Both the position numbers and the translations under genes were made by a program. The notes below the pieces were generated by a model, which was not told where the DNA came from, did not search any database, and saw nothing but the letters and a program-made list of their open reading frames with translations. A stretch of DNA of 64,000 nt, taken from NCBI RefSeq assembly GCF_006345805.1, contig NW_021832601.1, positions 105,061-169,060 on the forward strand, written 5' to 3'. Of the stretch, positions 50,964 through 64,000 are shown piece after piece (position 1 is the first letter of the stretch; the number at the start of each line of letters is the position of its first letter). The DNA is from Octopus sinensis (Eukaryota).

Positions 50964-51623
50964 ATCAGATTAAAAGTATTGAAATTATTATGTTAGCTAA
51001 TCACTCATCTTTTTTATAGGGGTCTTGTGAGCTGGAAGAACTGAAGTGTGCCTTCTCTGAGAAACTTTGATGTCAGAAAAAATAAAGAAACTAGCTAAAA
51101 GATCTTTCAAATAGGCAAGGGACTACAGCTATGTCTTTCAGAATTATTAATCTATTAGGCCGCGCATCTTCCTAAATGATACTCCAAAGGTCACGTTTGG
51201 GACTAGTCTTCAGTAGTTTTTAGAATCTTACAAGCAATCAGAATCAAGCTAATGGATTTTCTTGGTTTACCCACAAAAACAACTTCTGCAATTATTGGTA
51301 GCACCTTAAATGGAAACTCTGTTAATAGTATCCTAAGGATTCAAACAAAATATAAATGTATAGGCAAATATTTGAAATGCAATCCATGATAACCGTAGTA
51401 GGCTTACCATTGAAGTAGTCTATAGAATCTTTTCTTTGAAATAACACATGTCTACTATATAATATTACAAATGTTTTAATTTATTTTAAAATTTAAGTAA
51501 ATTTAGAGTAATAAAATTCCGGAAATTTAAACAAACAAGTTTTTACGTAGTGCATTAGATTTTGCCGTCAATTTTATAAAGTATGTTAATTTAAAGCGAT
51601 TTTTAATATAGAATAAACTCTAA

Positions 51624-54600
51624 ATGTCAGAAAACCTTCTTTTTTCAATGTGTAATAAAATGGTGGACAATTATGTGCGAAATAAATACAATAAGAAAAA
51701 GAATTATGTAAAATTCAAAGAAATGTTGTTCAGAAAACTTTTAACCTATAAAGCGTAAATTAAAAAATAACTTATTAAAGAACTCAAGTCGATATTGCTT
51801 CTATTTTTGACAAAGATATTTTAAACATAATGAGGAGATTAACGCCGTATCTGTCATATGTTGATCAAAGAGTGGTAGAAATAAGCAACATTTTTATAAA
51901 AAGTATAAAATTATTTTATTATGTGGTAGCTAACAAGAAAACAGAATGTCTTACCGTTGTCTATTTTTTACTTTTAATAAAACAAGAAAATAAAAAGAAT
52001 GTGACGGAATGGCCTTTAAGGAAATTTTTTGAGGTTTTAATTTACTTTTAAATCATCAGCCGGACACTAGATCTTATTATTTTCAATCAAATAACGAACT
52101 CTCATTCCTTTTTAAACCTCTGATGGAAGATCGGAACCGAAGAGATCAAAGCAAAGATATTGCGATTATTTCAAAACCCGAAACAAAAAAGAATAAAATA
52201 CTACATTTGTCGTGGGACGCACTGCTTGGGTTAAGAATTTGGTCTTTAAAATAGTGGAGAAAAACTCATTATGGCGAACAGGTTTCGTTTAAGCACAAAC
52301 TTTAAACCAATTGCTGTGGAAACCATTTCAGCGACTTGTTTAAAGGATGAAGTTCAAGATTGGGGAACATTTGAGCCATCTCCACTGATAAAAACAGTCC
52401 AAAATTTTAAAAAGGAATTTGAAATTTTGAAGTTTTATTTGACTATTCGTCACGTGTCATCGACTCGGCCAATTCAAAAAATTATTTTTGAAAAATTTTT
52501 TAAGCCATATTCCTGGTTGTGTTTTTGAAAATTATTTTTAAGTTTTCTCCAGGAAGCGTTAGATTCTGTGATGAAAAGTCCCCAATCAGTTTTTAAATTT
52601 TTTAGTTTTTTTAGTTCATTGAATTTTTGGAAGAAAAATTTTGCAATTTTGTATTTTTTACTCCCCATTTTACACGATTTATCTCAGTGTTCATGACTAC
52701 GGTTTATACTCCCATATTAGAGTATATTTGTCAGTTCTGTTTTTATTTGGTAGTTCTATTCTCAGATCCATATCGAGACCAGAAAATACTTCTCTTTTGA
52801 CTGCCATCAATTTTCAGTTTTATTCACAAAAAGGTTGGCATTTACATGGATAATTATTTGATCGTAATTTTTGGATGTACGCAATCGAGTCAAAGGGATC
52901 ATTCAAAAAGGAATTTATTTTTCAAAAATATTTAAAGAATATTATTACATGTGTCAAGATTATTTCTTTATTAGATGTTTCCAACGCTGTATATATTTAA
53001 AGTTTAATTTAGTTTCAAATGGAATATGAATTTTTTAGCAAAACAATTTTCCCGAGCTTTGAAATTGATTTTTTCGCCAAAGAGGAAGGTTACAGGCTAA
53101 GAGACGAAACTAGTCGTTTTTTTGAAAACCTGAACAGTCAATTCGATAATTTACTTAAAAAACGGTTCTCATAATGCTTTATTTTCAGTCAAGCTGATGA
53201 AAAGAGAAAGGAAAGGGAAAGAGTATCCGCAATAGTACGAAGAATTAGAGAAGCACGAAGGAGAAGAAAAGAGATGATATGCTCATTGGAAAACTCCAAT
53301 GAAAGAATTAAAGAACTCAAAGAATCATATCGTCTTGAACTTGTGCAGCAGATTGAGGATAACGTTGTTAGAAGGGTTGAAGAAGAACTCAAATCAAAGA
53401 ATATTCCAGATCAATCAGATTTAATTGAAAGAGAAATAACAGAAGAAATTAAGAGAGAGTTGATTGAACTATACCAAAGAGAGATGGAACAAGTTAATTT
53501 GGATATCGAAAAGAGAAACTGGCAAATTAAACGTCGGTCATTAAGTAAAAAACGCGCTGAAGCTCTTCACACTTTCCCTGAGATGAATTTTGAACCATTT
53601 AAAGCGGCTGAGAACAATATTTTAACATCCAGCGTTGATTTTAGTCATGAAAATGTCCCTTTTCTCTCTGAACCCCCAGAGGAGTATACTAAATCAGAAA
53701 TGGTGCTCGGAGCTAACGAAACAGTCGAATGTCACACAACCTTGACTGATAATTCTAAAGAAATAACATGCACTTATTATTTGAAAAATAAAGACGATGA
53801 TATTATTCATCAGTTCACATTTCATTCGTATGCACACAGATTTCCAAAGTTATATATTTTTTATATAGTTTCAGGAAAGATCCATCAATTGTTAATACAA
53901 CAGATGAATTTTCGGATGATCCTATTGAACCAAGTGAAGAGAATATACTTTATGATGACTGGAAAGTTCAAAATCGAGTAGAAAATTTGGATAAACCTTC
54001 TTTTGACTTTAAAAAATTTGCCTCAAGTATTTTTGGTCGTGAGGAAAAATCAAAGTCTCATTATGAGAGGAAACATGGAAAGAATGATGAAAACTTGTAT
54101 TTTATTGGGAGGGTAAATATCGACAATTGGATGAGTAGTGTTGTCATTCCACAGTATAGTTATTCCTTTAAACATGTAGATTCAAATTTCTGAATCGACT
54201 GGCTTTTGATTATGTTTTTAACGTTTGCAGATTTTTTGAGAATTTTGAAGCCATTCGTGTCTCAATGTTATTTGGAAATAGTGATTTTCGCAGGCATTTT
54301 TTGAAAAAGATTTATAACTATCTTGTATTTTTCATTTAATTAATTTTAAAGTATTCGGATAAATCAATTTCTTCTAATAATGGAAGTGTGAGTAAATTTT
54401 TATTAAATCGATTTTTATCTTCTTCTTTTGCCCTTGCTGCCTTGGATTCTCCAATTTATAATAATCTTACATTTGTCGATGATGTTATGTTCAAAAATTA
54501 TTGTAAATTTTTGTTAATTTGTAAATTTTTATAGCAATTGATTTTTCTAAAGTTAATTGGAAAGTTACTTGGCCATTAAACATAATCATGACGGCTGGCT

Positions 54601-55197
54601 GTATAGAAAAGTATTCAGAAACGTTTTTGTTTTTAACTCGTCTGGAATTATCAATTTTTCAGCTTTATGAAATGAGAAAAACATTAAGAAAAATGTTATC
54701 AAATATTTCAGAAGATTCTAATAAATTGGCTTTTCTTATTCATCGCGAAATGCTAATTTTTGTTGAACAGATTAAAGGTTACTTCTACACTCAAATACAT
54801 TGTATTTCTTATAATGAATTCATTGGAGAATTGAACGGAATAATGGATATTGACAGTCTTCATGATTTTCATTTTTCTTTCGTTGCTAAGATGTATTCAA
54901 GGTTTGAAATAATTTCACATAATTAAGATGCTTTTTGAACATAGAACCGATTTCTACGGCACTTGGAAAACTTTTTGATTTTATTCGGGAATTTATAGTT
55001 TGTTATGAATGCGAGAAACAGGAAAATTTCAGTTATTATTTGGAAGGATTTAGAAGTTATTTGCAGATTTTACTATCGGGTTTTTATTAATTTAGATTAT
55101 CTTTCTAGTTGCTCAGAAATATTCAAATCAATCTTATCTGCCTTTTGTTGATGAATTAGTCCTGAGGCTTAATTTTAATAGCTTTTACATTTCATAA
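51624..55197 (+). CDS. TUBGCP6: Gamma-tubulin complex component 6, full-length, multi-exon
   Basis: N-terminal MSENLLFSMC..LFRKLL. Central coiled coil KRELIELY..NWQIKRRSL (cf. RQALVDHY..WRIQRHRL). C-terminal TAGCIEKYSETFLFL..HREMLIFVEQIKGY (cf. TEGCVSKYSGVFSFL..HEMQHFVKVIQGY). Ends LVLRLNFNSFY. Exon boundaries approximate. Confidence 0.85.
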
Positions 55198-55443
55198 ATT
55201 AAAAAACTTTTAAATAATTAAGAAAGATTTAAAATTGAATTTATTTAATTTAAAACTTTAAAATTAAATGTTTGATCATTTGAAAAAGGCGAATTTAATA
55301 AATTTAAACTAAAATGCAAAATTCGAATCTTTTTTAAATCTAAAACTTAATCTAATCTAAAACTCAATTTTTCCCCCACACAATCTAGATATAACCTTTA
55401 TTTTCGAAAAATATTGAATTGTGTTTATAATTTTTATAAATTA

Positions 55444-56996
55444 CAGTACGACCCCGCCCAATAAAACCCCGGCCTTGGGGCACCCTCTGTTTTTGGGGCG
55501 ATTTTTTTAATAAAAATTATTTTGAATGATTTCTCAGTTTTTGTATATTTTTTGACCAATAAGAAGCTTAAATTTGAAATACGAAACCCCGCTTATTGGG
55601 GCACTTTTTCAAATTGATTGATCGATTAGATCGATTAGTCTTTGAAGTTTTTAAAAATTTGAGAGAAGATGGGATTTCAGTTTCAGGATTTCTCCTGAAA
55701 ACAGTTGCAAAAAAAATTGCATCGAACCTTAACTTCGATAATTTTAAAGCATCGAATGGATGGTTGGATCGTTTTAAAAAATGTCACGAATTACTGTTTA
55801 AAGTAATTTCCTGAGAAAAGAACTCGTGCGACAAAGATAAGATCGAAGATTTTTTTAATGATTACGACAATTTATTTGATAAATTCGAGAAAAAAATATT
55901 TTCAACTGTGACGAAACATCCCTTTTTGTCAAAAAAAATTTATGTAAATCATTTGTATCTTCGAATGATGACTGTTTCGGTAAAACAAAAAGTAAAGAAC
56001 GAGTTTTGATTCTTTTATGCTGCAGCCTTGAAGGTGAGAAATTAAAGCTTCTTGTTATTGGGAAATTCAAATCCCCAAGATGCTTAAAAAATATAAAAAC
56101 TGAAGATTATGGAGTATGTTGTATTAGATTATTTTTAGGTTTTGTACACTGCATCAAAAAATGCTTGGATGACGATTGATATTTTCGATAAATGGTTACA
56201 GAATATAAACTTCGAAATGGCTCAAAAAAACAGAAAAATTTTGATTCTTATGGATAATGCACCGTGCCACAAATTACAAGAATATTCAAACTTATCATTT
56301 CTTAAATTTCCTAAAAATACAACAGCACTTCTTCAACCTTTAGATATGGGGATCATAAATTCGTTTAAAGCCTATTATAGCAACGTTCTTTATGAAATGA
56401 TATGTACCGATGATCTTAAAAAATGAAAATTAATATAAGGCAAATAATCGCATATACAGATCAATCAGATGTGGGAGAAGCATGGAGTCGAGTAACAACA
56501 ACAACAATTGTCAATTGTTGGATGAAAATAAACGAACAGAGAACATGTTTTCCTGAAATTAATTCAAAAAAAAGAATCTGAATTAATTGATAAGCATGTT
56601 TTAGCTTTAATGGATCTTGAAATAAACGGAATTGAGGATAATGATACTTTGTATAATGGAAATGATGAAATTGAAGGCTCCGACTTAAAAGATTCAATGA
56701 GAATAATTAATGATCCTGAAACTTCCTTATTCAACACTTGCCCTGAAGGACTCAAAGAATACTATGAATTCAAGATAAAAATGTCGAAGATTCTAAGAAA
56801 TAAATATAATACTGGATTCAAAATAACTGATTATTTTTCATAGAATAAATTAATTCCTCTTTTTTAATACGAAAAAACATATTTTATTATTAAAAAATAC
56901 AGATATTTGCTTTTAAAATGTAAAAATTATATATACCTCTATCTTAGGGGCACCCTCTATATTAGGGGCACTTTTCTATTGGGTGGGGTCGTACTG
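55444..56996 (+). mobile_element. pogo/Tigger-family DNA transposon, decayed transposase with a 25-nt intron
   Basis: TIRs CAGTACGACCCC(G/A)CCCAATA, TA TSDs, CENP-B HTH (FKASNGWLDRFKK), NCDETSLF, KERVLILLCCS..GEKLKLLVIGK, SKNAWMT, LILMDNAPCH, NTTALLQPLDMGII. Confidence 0.93.
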
Positions 56997-56999
56997 TAA

Positions 57000-57880
57000 T
57001 TATAAAACTATTTTTATTTTTAGAATTAGCATATCATTGATTAAATATTCATCAGTTAATGATTTTAAATATGAGAGTTTAACAAATTTAGCAAATCCTA
57101 ACAGAATTAAATGTTAATTTACAACCAAATGAAGGATTTCTAGGTTTCGAAGGTTTATCGAGAAAAACTGAATTATTACTGCAATTAGGCTTCAAAATTC
57201 TTTTTAAATCTTTTCCTTGGCTCTTAATATTTTGGTTCACAATATAAAATATAATATCTTTATCAAAAGGCCATCTGTTAATATCGTCATATTCACCTTT
57301 TACGATTGATATAAAAACAGATAGAAAATTTCCAACAACTAAATAGTCAATTTAACTAAGTTTCTGACCACCAATGTCACCATTAAGGCAAACGATCACT
57401 TGCATTTTATATCCTCCAGGATGTGTGTAAAAAACTGGACTAAACAAAGGTTTATTTTCTTCAATTTTTTGACTGAAATTATCTATTCTAAAAATAAATT
57501 GAAAATCGGGAAAATTTTGTTTTAATATATCAAATTCTTTCGATAACTATAAACATTATTAAATTGATATTGTTTGACTTCTAAAGTATTTCGTTGCACT
57601 TCAGAAATAGTCTCTATCAGCTCATCAATTTCATCATTTAGTTCAAAAAATTGTTCCATAATTTTTACGGAATTGTTAAGTACAAACTAAGTAATTAATA
57701 TTTATTTATATTACCATGCCGGAGGGAACGAACGCATTAATTCACTCATGTTTAATGCAACAAAACAATATACCTAAATGATAATTTTCCTAACGTTCAA
57801 CATGCAATCTAAAAAATTACTAAAACATGCTTTTTATTTGATCTAGCTTGGAAAAAAATATCTTACTGTTTATTTTCAAT
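57000..57880 (-). CDS. TRAF-type gene fragment (coiled coil plus MATH domain); 5' part not found, possibly a pseudogene
   Basis: IDNFSQK..LFSPVFYTHPGGYKM..CLNGD..LSVFISIVKGEYDDINRWPFDKDIIFYIVNQ..INDMLILKIKIV* is the TRAF-C MATH signature, split by short introns. Confidence 0.75.
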
Positions 57881-57889
57881 TGTTTATTC

Positions 57890-58600
57890 CAGTTGAAAGT
57901 GGAATCCAGCAGTACTAAGTGACTGGCAAATGATCTGGTTCAGTTTTGTCTGTCGTGAGAAGCATCAAATTCCGTGCTGACATTAGAAGGAGTGGTAACT
58001 GAGTTCGTCGGTAGATAAACCGCATCGACATTGGTACTTGGCCGATACGGGTAGACCGATGGGTATGTAGATTTCTATTTTCACAGATTGGTTATACAAA
58101 AGGCAGGCAGTTGTCTCACAAGCGTAAGAATTCAGCCAAGCACTGCTCAGGGGCCGACTACTTATTCTCAAGCAAACCAGCTGGAATTGAAAAAAGGCCT
58201 TCCAGGGTATCTGAAGCTGAAAAAATACGGCGACAAGTACGACCTAAACTCGTGGATAAAGATTTCATAGCCGTTTTCCGCGCCATATTCTCAGATCTGA
58301 AAAGCCTTCCACACAGCTTTGTGACTCTCTCCGTATTGAAGTCGAAACATTCCAGCCCTCTGAGGATTATCGTGATTTATCTGGAGGTCTCGACGGACTA
58401 AGACCGAAACATATCCGTGATAAGATAAGATGGGCGGCTAAAAAACCAGGACTAACCAGCTTAAAGAATCGTTGGAATCTCTAGCAGGATCCTATTCAGC
58501 GAAATATACCTGTTCTCCCGAGAACAGATTCTCCCATGCCTAACAAAACTAATAAATGGGTCGAAAAACCGCATATAAGCGAGCATTAGTGTTTTTACGG
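57890..58600 (-). mobile_element. Degenerate CRE-like RLE retrotransposon fragment
   Basis: SSAWLNSY..IGLPV..CRCG..YHSF..LNQIICQSLSTAGFHFQLE parallels the 25062-26558 ORF. Confidence 0.8.
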
Positions 58601-59552
58601 AAATCAGAATAACATTTTTTAAAGAATCAAAGTTCTATTTATTAATTGTTACTTTTTACTGTCACATGGGCTCCTTCTTACATTTTGACATTGAAAATAT
58701 CTTTTAATTATCAGACATTTAATTTGTATATCCGATTTTTATCGTGATTTTATTTTATTAGATTAGTTTTTTATTTATAAATGTTAAGATTATAAAGATT
58801 TTATTTTTTTATAGCGCCAAACCTTAATTTCTAGCGTGATATTTATCAATGAAAGATTATTTTGTTTCAATGGCTTCTTAAAATGTTTTTGTAAAAAATT
58901 TCGTAGAATATCAAATTTTAAAAAATGCTTTACATGAAAAATTTCCCGAAAATCTTGCGAGGGACCGAAAATATAGACTTTTAATGAAGATGGAGAATTT
59001 CACCATTATCACTGACAGGTATTGTAAACTTTCAATAAATTGACATACTTTATCTTAAATCAAGTGATCTAAGTTAGTCACACCCTTCGATAATGAAACC
59101 GAAATGGAGCTTGTGGCAAATTTATTACACGAGTTTTTATACGGAGAAGTAAATAAAATCGAATAAGAATGTCGACATAAATATTTCACTGTCAAGAATG
59201 AGATTATCAGAAAAGTCATTCTAAATTTTTACGTTTACAAATTTTTGCATCCTTTAAAAGTTCAAGATTTCTTTTCATTGTAGATTGGAGATATAAATCA
59301 CCATGTGTTCGCTTCTTATTTAAATGAACGTTTTCAAATAGGCATAATAGATCTGAAAAAAAATTAGCATTAAACAAAAATTTCAAATGGATTTAGAAGT
59401 TTGCCGATTGGCGTTTATTCTAATGGGACACTAGATGTCCCTTCGACAAAATAATGACTCATTGCACTACTATTTGTTCAATAGATCGTACATATCCCTC
59501 TAACTTTTGGGTTAGTTTAAATTTTAAATCCAAGCAATGCGTCTATTTAATG

Positions 59553-60817
59553 CAGGGGTGCGCAAGCTTTTTGGGTTTGCGGCCGCATAGCATTTTTTTC
59601 CTTCTCTTCCACGGCCGCACATTTTCTGCATTATTTTTTCGATATTAATATAGTAATTTTTTTTAATTATTAAAAGTGACCGCATAAGTTGCCCATTGTC
59701 ATCGAGACCGAATGAGTTCTTGGACAGGAAATGCTCTCGTTCATCAGGGACATCATATTATTAAAATAAATAATTATTTCATGGACAAAAGATAAGAAAG
59801 AAGGAAAATTAATTAAAAGAAATGTATTATACAAGTTATTCTAATGACGGCCAGGATCTTTGGTATTTTTTGCGAGCTTATTGAAATCCACTGGTAGGGT
59901 AGATATCATTATGCGCAAACATGACTCTAAGTTTGCATCCGTTATCCGAGATCTATATTGACTTTTTAAATATTTCATTTTGGAAAATGTAGACTCACAT
60001 AGATATGTGCTTCCGAATAAAACGAGAATATTTCTTGCTATTTCACGTAAATTTGGATAATCTGTCGCTGATTTCCATACATTCAACAAATCTTCGCTTT
60101 CATTAAATTTATTTATCAAAATTAAATCATTTTTTAATTTCAATAATTCAATTTGAAATTCGAAACTGTCTATGTCTCAATGCATTGTTTCGGATGTATA
60201 TAATAATTTGTTTTACTTCATTAAGTGTATCTTCAAATTTTTTCATTTGTGAACAAAGTGCTTGTTGGTGAATAATACAATGTACACCAATAACTGATTT
60301 ATTGTTATACTCTTCTGAGACATATTCAGTTAGGCGTGCAACAAATCCTTGTTTTCTACCCAACATTTCTGGTACGCCATCTATGCATATTCCTCTTAGA
60401 CATGTCATGTCCAATTTGAATTTCAAACAACATTGTTTAACTATTTCAAATATATACATTTCCAGGTAGTGACTTCATGGATAGAAAATCCACATGTCGA
60501 AGGATAGAGTATGAATATGATCAGCTGAGCAGAATCACATATATCATTCGACTCATCAATGCCAAGTGAAAATAACGTAGTTTGAGAATTTATTTTTTGT
60601 AGGAGTGATAGATTAAGATGCTCGGCAATATGAAACTGTCGGCGCTGAATTGTGTCACGTGAAAGTGGAATTGCTTCAAAGTTATGCTCCTTGTCGGGAT
60701 CAATGCATTTAACTGATTCCATGGGTTTTTCTTGATTAATTAACACTATGAGCATTATATTTAAGATTAGTTGCTCGATGACCTAATTGTGCCCACGGCC
60801 GCACTTGCGCACCCCTG
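59553..60817 (-). mobile_element. hAT (SPIN/GTF2IRD2-like) deletion derivative
   Basis: TIRs CAGGGGTGCGCAAG / CTTGCGCACCCCTG, TSD ATTTAATG at 59545-52 and 60818-25. Fragments IDESNDICDSAQL, HCIIHQQALC, FGSTYLCESTFSKM. Confidence 0.93.
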
Positions 60818-60849
60818 ATTTAATGGCATGTTTCTCCTTTTTCTACAAA

Positions 60850-62050
60850 AGCGTGTTTTTTTCCTTCACAGCTTTTGAATTATTCTTGAAATCCGTAGAT
60901 CAGGAAAGGCTCCATACACGCAGAGTATAGGTATAGGAATGTTTCCGGTTTCAACCGAAATTGTATAAGAGCTTTTAACATTGCGGTGGATTTGTTCTTT
61001 CTGTTGATTATATGAGTCTTAAATGATCCAGATGCATCCACAACTACTCCGAGATATTTTAGATTTTCCAGGGATTTTATAACTCCAGTGTTAACACAAC
61101 GATCAGCTTTCCTTCTGTTCTTGTCAATCCTGTAAACAGTCTTTTTTAAAAGATAAGAACAAGCCTTCATCTTGACACAATTTTAAAATTTTTTCATTAT
61201 GATAATTAGTTCTTTTCCATGATATTGATTTGCTCATAGAAAAATCGACATTAAAATATCAGCTCCGTAAATGATTATCTCCATGTTATGGTGATACACT
61301 CGAGGAATTTCACACCTCACAGAATTACATTAAAGTGGACTGATGACAGATCTCTATCAAACTCCTCTCTTAAGCAAAATTCTCTTCGACAATTGGTTTC
61401 CGAACGATTCTCTTCCCGAGAGGAAGCTCTTTCCAACGTTAAAATTTTATAAAATTCGTAGTAACCCGGCAGTCCAGACGCCATCAAATGCTTTTGATAT
61501 GTCTATACATGCAGCTGTAAAATATTCTTTATCCTTTGTGCTGTAAATATAGTCTCCTTTAGCAGTGAAAAGCAATTTCCAGTCCCTTTGTTACGCCAAA
61601 ATCCCCATTTCTCTTACAAAAGACACTGTTTATCTTCGATATAAGATAGTCTTTTAAAACAATTTTTTCAACAATTTCTGAGTAGAACATATAAGGCTGA
61701 TGAACATATAAGGTAATTTTTAGGATTAGAACTTGGTTTTCCTTCTTTCGGAATCATGCGAATAATTTTTTTCATTGTTGTGGAACATGTCCAATATTCC
61801 ACGAAGAGTAAAATAACTTCCATAGTTCATATAATAAAGGCATTTCCGTCTTTTTGAAGATAGTCATCAGTATGTAGTCCCAATTAAGGAATTTATTTTT
61901 ATATCTGTGTATTTCTAACTTTATTTCTTTAATAGGAATAGCTCCATGGTCTCTCCGTAAGCAAATAATTCCTAAATACACGTATCATTTTGTATAGTTT
62001 GTGAAATCATCGACGAAGAGTCCACTTTTTGAATCCTAGATAGCTGCTCT
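60850..62050 (-). mobile_element. Degenerate APE-type LINE reverse transcriptase
   Basis: LFYSSWNIGHVPQQ*K..IPKEG, CIDISKAFDGVW, YGAD (YADD-like), LKYLGVVVD..LYLYSACMEPFLIYG. Confidence 0.8.
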
Positions 62051-62430
62051 TTTAACTTCTCAGGTATTTCCTCTCTTGCGATCAGATTGCCTTCGCTGAA
62101 CTTGAGTTTTATCTCTCCACCCTATTTATCAGAACTCATCTTTGAGAAAAGCTTCCGAAAATTCGGATTTTTAGAAAAAGATTAGAACATTTTTTCCAGC
62201 TCTCCTCTACTATATTCTTAAATAATTTGTCTGATAAATTTTTAATCGATTTGATTCTTTGCTTAAAAAGATAGCGTAAGCGCGGTCACACAGACCACTT
62301 AAAGCATTTGCAACAATGGACAATCCTAATCGATCACCACTTTGCTGCTTAAAGTGGTTAAGCTTTTCAGACGTTAAAATTTGTTTTTGGTATTTGTTCA
62401 TTTGATCACGGCGTTTTTCTTCATTTAGAT

Positions 62431-63660
62431 CAGTGTTTCTTAATTTTTTTGACCGGGGACCACTTTAGTCTGTTCAATTTTTCTAGGGACTACATGTAAC
62501 AAACTAATAAAAAAACTAACAAAATTAAAAAATCATTATATTTATTTTTAGTATTATATTTATTGTCTTGCTTTTAGAAACTAGCTGTTCAATTTTTGGT
62601 GCAATGTTTGTAAGTGCCATTCTCATATCGTCTTCAACCTTAAGTCGGTTGTGAACTTTACTCTTCAGAATAGCAAGACAAGACACTGAAATTTTGCATA
62701 AATAAGTAGTTGGAAAAGGAATTATCACTTCAGGTGCATTTTTACTTAAGATTGGATATTCATTAATAACAGAAATCCAAAATTCCATAAGTGAAAGTGA
62801 ATTAAATGTCAACTTCCAAAACTGCGAATTTCGCAATTCAATCGACTGTTCTTGGAAATTAATTTCTTGGCTGTCGTAAATTTATTTATTGGTTTCCGGA
62901 ATAAAAGGGTGTATTATCCAAGTCGCAATTGGTTCAGTAACTGGGAATTAATCTCATATTTTATTTTCAAGTTTTTCAAGATAATCAATAATTAAAGAAG
63001 AAAACCATTTTTAGGTTCATTATCACCAATCTTATTTTTCACCATCGGAAACATTGAAACGTTGTTATTTCGTACTTTTTTCCTCTATAGTGACAATTTT
63101 TCTTTAAACGCAGACATTTTATCTATATTTTAGATATTTTTTCATCTAATACAGAGGTTTTCAAACTACTTATTTTGCAGACATAGACATTGAAAAATAT
63201 GATTGGGTATTTATTCAAATAATTAGTTTTAGATACGGAATCCATTTTTGGTTAATCATAGTAATGAGTTATTACCTGTCGAAAATATGGAGCTTATTGA
63301 ACTATTTAATGATCGTACCTTAAAATTATCACATACAGAATTAAATATTGGCGAATTTTGGATCAAAATTCGATCTAGATTTCCAAAAATAACAGATAAA
63401 AAACCAATGAGGATCATTCTACAATTTTCAACAACTTATTTTTGTGAAAAGGGATTTTCTGCATTTCAAAACAATAAAACCAATAAGCGGGAAAATCTAC
63501 TGGATTTAGAATCAGATAAATGCGACTGGCCTTGTCAAATATTGAGCAGACATAGAAAAATTATGTAAAAATAATAAATTTGGAATTTTATAATTTGTTT
63601 TAATTTTTGATTATGTGCCGCGAGATTATTTTTTATTAGCATTTGCTCCGCGAGAAATTT
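62431..63660. mobile_element. Two fragmentary Buster-type hAT 3' ends in opposite orientations
   Basis: CAGTGTTTCT terminus at 62431. Minus strand FWISVINEYP..PFPTTYLCK..KVHNRL; plus strand FWIKIRSRFP..FSTTYFCEKGFS..KRENLL. Partner TIRs not found. Confidence 0.7.
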
Positions 63661-63669
63661 CTCGTGAAA

Positions 63670-64000
63670 ACCTATGGTCTAAAGCGACTGCAAGTGCCTT
63701 GGGCGCATGGCACTGTGCCCGCTGCCTCTTTAACTCAAAGGGCGCTGGGCCAAATCGGCGACCCTCTCGTACTACTACCCCCCACAATCTCTCGACTGAG
63801 GAATTTATTATGTCCCTGTCTTCGCTTCGTGGCACAAGAGACATCCCTCTCCGTATCCCCAAACAAGCTCTCCTGACGGCCGCTTCCTGCCTCGAACAAA
63901 TTATCTCAGAAGCACTCAGTTCCGAAGAAGACCTCCCGTGGTTCCGTATCTTCCTGTTTGCCCCTCTCGTCCTTGGAAACAAGCACGAGCCGACCAATCC
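63670..64000 (+). mobile_element. 5' part of a CRE-like RLE retrotransposon ORF, open to the window end
   Basis: GC-rich, stop-free frame ..WHCARC..IPLRIPKQALLTAASCLEQII..LPWFRIFLFAPLVL resembles the pre-RT IPK-AR..W..L..F region of this clade. Confidence 0.6.

Noticed and set aside
58600-59550. Possible plus-strand exons with mini-introns
   Set aside because: No coherent frame or recognisable domain.
1-64000. rRNA, tRNA or other structured RNA genes
   Set aside because: None recognised by eye. A tRNAscan-SE/Infernal run would be needed to exclude small RNAs.

Overview
AT-rich eukaryotic DNA from a compact-genome animal: metazoan-type ASNS, MondoA/ChREBP, TUBGCP6, RBM25, TRAPPC4, CHTF8, TMEM256 and a TRAF domain, with GT-AG introns of about 22-37 nt. 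The window holds three partial tandem copies of one locus (copy 1 = 1-10706, copy 2 = ~12206-33182, copy 3 = ~33796 onward), with Helitron-derived DNA at the copy 1/2 junction and probably at the copy 2/3 junction. The main observation is a roughly 4.4-kb decayed block of bacterial DNA between host genes. It has the order hisS-aspS-mip, with a 4-bp ATGA stop/start overlap, followed by opposite-strand ORF remnants. Gene order and residues point to a Chlamydiae donor. The block is pseudogenised, was duplicated along with host genes, and in copy 2 is interrupted by eukaryotic transposons whose empty target sites are visible in copy 3. This argues for real nuclear integration rather than contamination. 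The rest is a dense set of transposons: Tc1, pogo, four complete hATs plus hAT remnants, Helitrons, and CRE-like, other RLE-type and APE-type LINE fragments. No rRNA, tRNA or CRISPR was recognised. All protein assignments come from manual translation and recalled family motifs, not from database searches.
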